Assembly (NCBI GenBank): GCA_035650735.1
Contig: DASRGZ010000170.1
Location: 1 to 36,336 of the forward strand
Origin: Chthonomonadaceae bacterium
Lineage (GTDB): Bacteria > Armatimonadota > Chthonomonadetes > Chthonomonadales > Chthonomonadaceae
Direction of reading: 5' to 3'
DNA length: 36,336 nucleotides
The notes under the pieces were generated by a model. The model was not told the origin of the DNA. It made no database searches and saw only the letters and a program-made list of their open reading frames with translations. Numbering within the stretch: the stretch's first letter is position 1; each line of letters begins with the position of its first letter. The position numbers and the translations under genes were made by a program. This document shows, in pieces, positions 8,115-15,203 of the stretch.

Positions 8115-8801
8115 ATGGATTACGACATCCCGACTGCGCGTGGCTTCGTGGCCTATGCGCCCGCCAACGTCCGCGCGGAGTTCATTCGCAAAGTTTACAA
8201 CCTCTTCTTTGTCTCGATCCTGGTGACGGTCGGCGTCGGGGCGTTTTGCGCGCAGCCCACGGTCGCTCCGGCTATGCTGGGAATGCTGCCCGCGCTGCTC
8301 ATCGGCGGGTTCCTCATCGGCATTATCATGGCCTTTGCGCGGCGGACGACGGGCCTGAATGTGCTCCTGTTCTACCTCTACTCGGCGATCCAGGGCGCGA
8401 TCCTCGGCCCGGTGCTGACGCTGCTCAACCAGGCCGCGCCAGGCGTTCCCACGCAGGCGGCGGTGCTAACCGCTGTCGTGTTCGGTGGGCTATCGCTCTA
8501 TGCGATCCAATCCGGCAAGGACTTTAGCTTCCTGGGCGGCCTGCTTTTTGCCGGAATCATCGGGCTGGTGGTCGCCGGAATCGTGATGTGGTTCGTGCAC
8601 TCGTCGCTGCTGCACACGCTGTACGCCTTCCTCGGCGTGCTGATCTTCAGCGGCTACATCCTCTACGACACGTCGCAGATTATGAAGCGGCTCGGCCCGG
8701 AGGAGGCCATCGCCGGCGCGATCAGTCTCTACCTGGACCTGCTCAACCTGTTCTGGTTCATCCTCCAGCTTCTCATGGAGCTCAACAATCGCCGCGATTA
8801 A
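8115..8801 (+). CDS. Bax inhibitor-1/YccA family membrane protein
   Basis: RAEFIRKVY, KDFSFLGG, FSGYILYDTSQI, AISLYLDLLNLF; about seven TM helices; AGGAGG RBS before ATG 8115. Confidence 0.93.
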   Translation: MDYDIPTARGFVAYAPANVRAEFIRKVYNLFFVSILVTVGVGAFCAQPTVAPAMLGMLPALLIGGFLIGIIMAFARRTTGLNVLLFYLYSAIQGAILGPVLTLLNQAAPGVPTQAAVLTAVVFGGLSLYAIQSGKDFSFLGGLLFAGIIGLVVAGIVMWFVHSSLLHTLYAFLGVLIFSGYILYDTSQIMKRLGPEEAIAGAISLYLDLLNLFWFILQLLMELNNRRD

Positions 8802-8824
8802 GGCCAAAATGAGAGCGGTCAGCT

Positions 8825-9358
8825 ATGAACATCACCTTTACGCGAACCGGCGAGTGTACATATACGACTCAGGCCCTGCGGGATGATGCCGTCCTGCTGG
8901 AGGTGCCGAGCTACGACCGGACGCACGCGATCCCTCACGACCTCGCCCATTATGTCGTAGAGCGAGAGCTCGGACTCAAGCGTGGGTTCTGGGGATGCGT
9001 AGCCGCAGGCGCCCTGTTTCCCGGTATCAAGGTGATCTCCGGTCGGCAGCCGGACCATACCGCCGCGCGCTCTCAGGCGGTAATTCGCGAAGCCGGACAG
9101 CAGGGCACGGAGGCGGAAGTGCTGGTTGGCGTTCTGCTGCGAATCCTGGAGGAAGGTTTAGAGAATAACTGGCCTGCCGCACGGGCGCTATTGCGTGAGG
9201 CCTGGAAACCAAGCAAGCCATCGCGCGGGCCGCTTGAGGCCGAAGAGATGCGGCGTGTCTGCGCGGCTCTGTGCCAGGCCCAACAGCGTTGGCAGGCTTT
9301 AGCCGTTGGGGAAAGCATGACCGTCTCCTGGCGGCTGGACAAACGCGCAAAACGTTGA
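8825..9358 (+). CDS. Hypothetical protein with HDxxH motif
   Basis: Coherent 177-aa ORF with GAGAG upstream; IPHDLAHYVVERELGL..GFWGCVAAGA looks like a conserved block. Confidence 0.7.
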   Translation: MNITFTRTGECTYTTQALRDDAVLLEVPSYDRTHAIPHDLAHYVVERELGLKRGFWGCVAAGALFPGIKVISGRQPDHTAARSQAVIREAGQQGTEAEVLVGVLLRILEEGLENNWPAARALLREAWKPSKPSRGPLEAEEMRRVCAALCQAQQRWQALAVGESMTVSWRLDKRAKR

Positions 9359-9437
9359 AGCGCGATTGCTCAGCCTCTTTGCTTTTCTCCGTGTGGCTTT
9401 TCCTCCGTGTCTCTGTGTCTCTAGCGCAGCGGGTGGT

Positions 9438-9974
9438 TTAATCTGACCCCTGTTCTTCTAGCCCGAACGCGAAAGCGACCGGATCCGGAGACCCGGCGCC
9501 GCTGAATGTAGCCTCCCACTGCTGCATCAGCGTATCTATTCCCTTACCGAGGGGCCTCGTGCCCTCTGGGATGGGTTTGCCCTGGGACTCGAATATCTCC
9601 TCAGCCACGTAGATAGGACGGCCTGTATGCACGGCCAGCGCGATGGCGTCGCTAGGGCGGCAATCCACTTCCTGAACGCGTTCGCCGCTGCGAATGCGGG
9701 CGACGGCGTAATAGGTTTCCTCCCGCAGCTCTACGATTCGAACATCTTCCAGTTGCGCGCCGGCGGCCTCAAGAAGGCCCTTGATAAACTGAATGGTCAT
9801 CGGCCGAAGCGTACCCGGAGGTTGGCGCAGCCCCAGGGCAATTGACATGGCCTCAACGTGTCCGATCCACATGGGCAGGGCGCGGTGGCCCATTTGGTCG
9901 TGCAATACCACTGAGGTGGCCTTTGACCCTAAGTGCTCCTGTGGAACGACATCCGCGACCTTGACTTCCACCAT
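9438..9974 (-). CDS. Bifunctional nuclease (DUF151) domain protein, possibly the C-terminal remnant of a longer fusion
   Basis: LPMWIGHVEAMSIA, RPMT, YYA, VDCRPSDAIALAV...PIYVAEEI; GGAGG RBS 9 nt before ATG 9974; frame stays open up to the IS3 end at 10041. Confidence 0.85.
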   Translation of the reverse strand: MVEVKVADVVPQEHLGSKATSVVLHDQMGHRALPMWIGHVEAMSIALGLRQPPGTLRPMTIQFIKGLLEAAGAQLEDVRIVELREETYYAVARIRSGERVQEVDCRPSDAIALAVHTGRPIYVAEEIFESQGKPIPEGTRPLGKGIDTLMQQWEATFSGAGSPDPVAFAFGLEEQGSD

Positions 9975-10117
9975 TTTTTGCTTCCTCCGCGATTTAGCTG
10001 TCTTGCGCCCGGCAATAATGTCCTGCGAATAGTACGGAGCTGACATGCGCCCGCTTTTGAGTAGCGGAGGAAGAGTGAGTCTTCTCGTCAAACAACATGG
10101 ACAAGGAGACGAGGAGA

Positions 10118-10387
10118 ATGAAGCAGAAGCAGTTTAGCGACGAGCAGATCGTGGCTATCCTCTCGCAGGCAGAGAAGGGTGAGAAGCCCATCGTGGAGAT
10201 CTGCCGCGAACACGGGATCACGGAGAATACCTTCTCCCGCTGGCGCAATAAGTTCGGCAGCGTGGGCGTGAAAGAAGTCCAGAGGTTGCCGGAGTTGGAG
10301 AAGGAGAACGCGCGGCTCAAGAAGTTGCTGGCCGCGCGCGACTTAGAGATTGACGCCTGCAAGGAGTTGCTGGCCAAAAATTGGTAG
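10118..10387 (+). CDS. IS3-family transposase OrfA (HTH)
   Basis: MKQKQFSDEQIVAIL...EICREHGITENTFSRWRNKFG...ELEKENARLKKLLA; GAGGAG RBS. Confidence 0.88.
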   Translation: MKQKQFSDEQIVAILSQAEKGEKPIVEICREHGITENTFSRWRNKFGSVGVKEVQRLPELEKENARLKKLLAARDLEIDACKELLAKNW

Positions 10388-11283
10388 GCGCTCCCAAGCG
10401 GCGGGAAGGGGTACAGTTTCTGAGGCAGAGGAAGTTGTCGGAGCGGCGGGCATGTGCGCTGCTGCGCCTCTCCCCTTCCAGCCTGCGCTACCAGAGCCGT
10501 TCGCTGCAGCGTCCGAAGAACGCGGAGCTTGTGGAGCGCCTGAGAAAATTGGCTCATAGGAAAATGCGCGCGGGCTAGCGAAGCGCCTGGCAGAGGTTGC
10601 GGCGTGAGGGACACACGCTCAATCACAAACGCATCTACCGGCTGTGGAAACAGGAAGGTCTGTCTCAGAGAAAAGGGCACAAACGCCGCAAGAAGAGCCT
10701 GCTGCCGCAGGAGAAAGCGCCGCTGCGCGCCCCGCATCCAGGCCACGTCTGGACCTAGGACTTCGTCAGCGACAGTTGCCTGAATGGGAGAAAACTCCAA
10801 ATCCTCAATGGGGTGGACGCGTTCCCGCGCGAGTGTCTGGCGCTTCAGGTGGAAAGCCGACTGCCTGCCAGCAAAGTCAAAGCCGTGTTGGAGCGTTTGT
10901 TTCGGGAACACGGCGCACCCGAGTATCTCCGCAGTGACAACGGGCCGGAGTTCGTGGAGACGGCACTGCGACGCTAGCTCAAGCAGCAGGGCACGAACAC
11001 GGCTTCCCTCGAGAAAGGCCGACCATGGCAGAACGGGTATGTCGAGCGTTTCAATGGTCGGTTCCGAGACGAGTTTCTCAACCAGCAGGTGTTCCTCTCG
11101 CTCTTGGACGCGCAGGTTCGCATTGCCTGCTGGCGTAGAGAGTACACTGAGGGGCGGCCGCACAGCAGGCTGAGGTATCGAACGCCGCTGGAGTTCAAGA
11201 GAGAGGGGCAAGTCCACCTGCAGGACGGCCATTCAGGACAAATGGTACTGGTGTTTGCAGCAGACCGACCAGGCGAAGACTAA
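10381..11283 (+). pseudogene. IS3-family transposase OrfB (rve/DDE) with three in-frame TAG stops
   Basis: One frame reads SERRAC, NHKRIYRLWKQEGL, HVWT*DF, RSDNGPEF, PWQNGYVERFNGRFRDEFLN, RPHS; TAG at 10576, 10756 and 10975. Confidence 0.92.
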
Positions 11284-11317
11284 CTCGACTTTCGCTCCTC
11301 AATACGGGGGCAGGTCA

Positions 11318-12108
11318 GTCTGGGGGCGATAGGGACGGCACAGGCGCGGCCCCCAGCCCCAGTAGCGGGCGAAATCGGCAAAGGTGGGGGTCAGGCGCAC
11401 TTCGCCGCGTCCATCCACGCCTTCGGTAAGCGTCTTGAGGACGACGGTTTGGGGGTTGGCATACAGGCTCTCTTGTGGCACGCCGCCCAAGGGCTCGCAA
11501 GCCGCTTCGGGCAGACGCACAAAGGAGGGCCGTTTCTGGTCGGTAGCGATGTCCCAGACCATCGCCCGACTGTGTCCGCGCCTCATGACAAAGCCATAGA
11601 GTTTCTGGCGCGTTCCGTCCTCCTGCACGATCTCGCCCAGAGCGGCCCAGTCCACCTGGGCCTGCTGCCCCGGCGCAGTCTCAAAACGGCGCACGGCGAC
11701 CCAAGGGCATGGTTTCGCAGGGGCTCTGGAGAAACTGGCCCAGGCTCGTATAGCCGCCGGTGTAGCCGCGCTCTTTCAACGCGCGCAGCCGCACGGACGC
11801 ATTCCACACGCCTGCCGCCATACGCTCCTGAAGGTGGGGCTTGTAGGCATCGAGCCGGCTGGGACGCGGTTGGCGCGGGCCCCATAGCGTGGGGGCTGCG
11901 GGTTGTCCAGGTACTTGCAAATGGTCTTAGGATCGTATCCGGTCAGCGTGTGAATGTCGCTGAGGGAAAGCCCCTGGCGTTGGAGTTCGCGGATGTCGTG
12001 CACGTCTTTTCCTCGGAGCACAGGAGCCACCTCTTCTCACATGAAGTTGATGGCCTGTATTATGCTCGGTCGTGGGAAGCTTACTCCGCGATTTCAAGGA
12101 TTATGACA
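11318..12108 (-). mobile_element. istA: Truncated, frameshifted IS21-family element (5' part of istA)
   Basis: Across three frames: GLSLSDIHTLTGYDPKTICKYL, SRLDAYKPHLQERMAAGVWNA, RGYTGGY, RRFETAPGQQAQVDW, GGVPQE, CRPYRPQT, cut exactly at the IS3 right end. Left end placed tentatively at TGTCATAATCC (12108). Confidence 0.85.
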
Positions 12109-12987
12109 CCGGTAGTGACAGCAGCGCCTCGACCCATCGGTAAATCCTGTAGAAGAAGGTCCATAGGCCTGTAATGTACCCGCCCAGAGGCATGGGAAGC
12201 CCCGCCCATGGGCCAGGGGGAGCGTGGAGGAACCAGAGCATTAGGGGAATGAACATCGCCAAGAAGCAGAGGCGGGCTTACAATTCGGCTCCCCGATGTA
12301 GAATCTGTTCGGGCAGCGCGCGCTTGTAGAAGGGCCAGACGGCCGCGACAACGGCGGCTCCCACCAAGAAGGCAAGCAGAAATACGGCCAACTGCCTGAC
12401 AGAATGGATTCGCGTTGGTCCGACCAAACAGACCGAGCAGGGCGCTGGCATAGAAGAGGAGCACGGCGACCTTGATCGTAGTCGGTCTCCACAGGAAAGG
12501 GAGAGCTGTCTTCCGTAAAGTCAGTTCGGTTTGTGTAGCGGCCATGCAGGGGTCATCCTCGGTAAAGCCCGATACAGGGCTGGTCTTTGCCGCAGCGGCC
12601 TTGCGATTGGCACCTGCGGGCGTGCAGTAATATTGGGCAAATATACGCCTTTCCCCTACCTATGCCTCTATCTGCCGATTGTAGGGTCCAGGCCAGAGCG
12701 GGGGTATGCGGCGAGCGGGAAGTGTATGGCGGAGTGGCTGGCGCGGGCTGACGAAAAAGAACTGGACAGGGTTAAAGGATAAGCGCCCTGCGCACCCTTA
12801 GTAAGCTGGGAAGATCGGGTGGATCTCAGGCATAACGCTACATGGTCGTCCGTGCGGTATCGCCAGATGTGGGTGGCGATATGGGTCAACGCCAATCTGG
12901 ACGGGTGCGCAACAAGGTGGCTGGCTGATCTACACGGAACCTTGCGCAAACCCGTCCAGGTCAAGCAAACGTTGCAGGTTGGCCTGT

Positions 12988-13962
12988 CTAACTCTGAAGC
13001 GTCTGGCGGATGAAGGCAATGTCGTCGGCACTTAACGGCTTCCCCGACGCCTGGGCATTGATCTCCACCTGTCGCGCGTTCTTGAATCCAGGGATCACGC
13101 AGGCATTCGCCGACTGTGCCAGCGCGTACTGGAGCGCTACCCGCACAAGCGATTCGAGGGTGTCGCCGAATCGCTGCTTAATAGGAGCGAGGCGTCTGCG
13201 CATCTCTAATAGACGCTCCCGTGTGAATGCCGCGTTTCCAGCTCGCATATCGCCTTCACCGAACTTAGGCGGATTGTCGGGATCGAATTTGTCGAGTAGA
13301 ATGCCCTGCGCCAGCGGGCCGAAAATGACCATCCCCAGATTTTGTTCGTCAGCCCAACGAAATAGGTTTGTCTCCTGCCGGTCATACTGGCTTCCGAGCG
13401 CATTGTAGTGGAACTGAAGCACGTCGGGCCTCGTGACGGGGCAGACCCGCGTGAAATCTTGGAAGCTGTAAGCCGACTGGCCGATCACGCGTACCTTTCC
13501 TGCCTGCTGGGCCTGTCTTACCGTCTCTGCGGCTTCCTCCAGATACTGATCATCGGGGCCGAAATCACCGTGGTGGAAGTAGTAAAGGTCGATATAGTCT
13601 GTCCCGAGATTAGTCAGGGATTGTTCAAGCTGGTGGCGAATATGGACAGGCTGATAGGCATGGGGAGCTGTTCCACGGAACCAACCCACTTTCGATGCGA
13701 TCACCACCTGGTCACGCGCAACATCCCGGAGGAACTGGCCTATGAGGATTTCAGAATGGCCGTCGCCGTATACATCCGCGGTGTCGAAATGGTTGATCCC
13801 CAGTTCGTAGGCACGATGAAGTCCTGCTAGGGAGTCTTGATCGTTTGCCCCCGACCAGCCGACAGGATTCCCTGCACGCCAAGAGGGACCACCGATAGCC
13901 CAGCATCCCAGGCTAATCTCGCTCACACGCAGGCCAGACCGACCGAGTACGCGATATTCCAA
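12988..13962 (-). CDS. Aldo/keto reductase
   Basis: YRVLGRSGLRVSEISLGCW, GINHFDTADVYGDGHSE, ASKVG, SLTNLGTDYIDLYYFH, GKVRVIG, PLAQGIL, VIPG. TTG start with GAAGGAG RBS. Confidence 0.95.
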   Translation of the reverse strand: MEYRVLGRSGLRVSEISLGCWAIGGPSWRAGNPVGWSGANDQDSLAGLHRAYELGINHFDTADVYGDGHSEILIGQFLRDVARDQVVIASKVGWFRGTAPHAYQPVHIRHQLEQSLTNLGTDYIDLYYFHHGDFGPDDQYLEEAAETVRQAQQAGKVRVIGQSAYSFQDFTRVCPVTRPDVLQFHYNALGSQYDRQETNLFRWADEQNLGMVIFGPLAQGILLDKFDPDNPPKFGEGDMRAGNAAFTRERLLEMRRRLAPIKQRFGDTLESLVRVALQYALAQSANACVIPGFKNARQVEINAQASGKPLSADDIAFIRQTLQS

Positions 13963-14097
13963 CTGCTATGTCTCCTTCTCTTTGCTTGTTTACACGACCA
14001 GGATAACTGATGGAAACTGTGAGAGCATCCGATTCCATACCTCAATGGCGGTTATGCCGCGACCTGTTCCATTAGTTTGAGCCTTGCCGATGTTTGA

Positions 14098-14274
14098 ATG
14101 AGTGATACCAAGGTCGAAGGCGCGGAAGAGGCAGTCGCGCGCCGCGTCCTCGCCGCGATAGCCGCCGAACGTCTCCTACGTGCCGAGCGAGATGGCAGGC
14201 AGCATCAGGCCGTTGCGCCCGCAGCGGCGGTACTGCATCCGGTCATAACGATTGGGGGTAAATTCTCGTGTCAT
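14098..14274 (-). pseudogene. 5' fragment of a Gpr/YghZ-type aldo/keto reductase (absent from the ORF track)
   Basis: MTREFTPNRYDRMQYRRCGRNGLMLPAISLGT*ETFGGYRGEDAARDCLFRAFDLGITH; GAGAGG RBS; TAG at 14176-14178 at the usual Trp; similarity ends after GITH. Confidence 0.85.
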
Positions 14275-14437
14275 GGATACCTCTCTGGTCGGGCTTTGTT
14301 TCCAAACGGTAATTTAGGCATCGGACGCAGCGATCCTGCGTGCAGGAGACAAAAGCGAATGCGGCGAAAAATAGAGACGAGACAGAGGCAATCATGCGCT
14401 CCTGATGACCATAGACAGGAGCGAAGGGAGAGCGAGT

Positions 14438-14668
14438 ATGTTCGATGGCGCCGTAGGGATTGCGGTGGTAGTGATCATAGGCTTTGCGGTCTTCATTGTG
14501 TGGGCGAAGTCGCAGCGCGGGCAGGCGACGCTGCGGAATACGCTTGGGGAGCCGCATTCGTTCCGCAAGCGGCAGCGGCTGGCAAAGCGGCGCGCCGCCA
14601 TGAGCGGTTCTCGCCCGGCCAAAGCGGCCAAAACGTCGGCGACTACGACGAAGCGTTCTGCTCGCTAA
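14438..14668 (+). CDS. Small single-TM protein with basic tail (76 aa)
   Basis: GGGAG RBS; hydrophobic GAVGIAVVVIIGFAVFIVWA followed by a K/R-rich tail. Confidence 0.6.
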   Translation: MFDGAVGIAVVVIIGFAVFIVWAKSQRGQATLRNTLGEPHSFRKRQRLAKRRAAMSGSRPAKAAKTSATTTKRSAR

Positions 14669-15053
14669 AGGCGCACACGCGGGCCTCGATGGCGGCGTGC
14701 AGGGCGCGCAGTTCCGTGGGGCTGAGCGGCTGCGTCTCCAGCAGGCAGGCTACCAGTTGTGCGGGCGAGCCACCGAACAGGCGGTCTATCAGGTCGCGCA
14801 GGACGCCGGCGCGCGTGTCTTGCGCCGTCACCAGGGGGCGATAGCGGAACATGCGCGCGCCCTCCAGGGCCTCATGGGCCACCAGGCCACGCTTTTCCAG
14901 GTTGCGCAGCACCGTCAGGACTGTGGTATAGGCCGGTTTGCGCTCGGAAGGAAGGGCAGCCCGCACCTCATGGACGGTCGCCGCCTGCCGCGTCCAGAGC
15001 ACGTTCAGCACTGCCAGTTGGAGATCGCCCAGTTCAGAGAGGCGCGCAGTCAT
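14643..15053 (-). CDS. BlaI/MecI/CopY-family transcriptional regulator
   Basis: LGDLQLAVLNVLW...ATVHEV...AYTTVLTVLRNLEKRGLV...YRPLV...LIDRLFGGSPAQLVACLL. Confidence 0.93.
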   Translation of the reverse strand: MTARLSELGDLQLAVLNVLWTRQAATVHEVRAALPSERKPAYTTVLTVLRNLEKRGLVAHEALEGARMFRYRPLVTAQDTRAGVLRDLIDRLFGGSPAQLVACLLETQPLSPTELRALHAAIEARVCAFSEQNASS

Positions 15054-15203
15054 AGCATCGCTCCGTGGATGTGAACTATTTCACTGCCGCCCTGTGATCT
15101 TGGCTCTATCCCGACCCGGCGGGATCGCTTATAATGCCATCGTGGCGCCGGGCGCGGCCTGAGCCTGAAACGGAGGACATGCGCATAGGTCAGGGGCCCG
15201 GCG

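Larger units (their letters stand above)
10041..11317 (+). mobile_element. IS3-family (IS407-like) insertion sequence, inactivated
   Basis: Left end TGACATGCGCCCGCTTTTGAGTAGCG versus right-end reverse complement TGACCTGCCCCCGTATTGAGGAGCG; orfA/orfB overlap in -1 frame at AAAAATTGGTAG; no target-site duplication in the flanks. Confidence 0.92.

Noticed and set aside
10576..10977. Three in-frame TAG codons in IS3 orfB (plus one in the AKR fragment) as amber recoding or pyrrolysine
   Set aside because: They replace different residues (Tyr, Tyr, Trp), sit among many other damaging changes, and intact genes here (argS, argG, the AKR) end in TAG.
12109..12987. ORFs 12081-12545, 12531-12782 and others between IS21 and the AKR
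   Set aside because: No family motif or convincing RBS; probably decayed sequence that I cannot assign.
14385..14430. CTGATGA-containing hairpin as hammerhead ribozyme or fluoride riboswitch
   Set aside because: No GAAA core with stems I and III, and no fluoride pseudoknot pairing; a simple CGCTCCTG/CAGGAGCG hairpin explains it.
14098..14844. 248-aa plus-strand ORF
   Set aside because: Overlaps the AKR pseudogene, the small membrane protein and the BlaI gene; no coherent domain.
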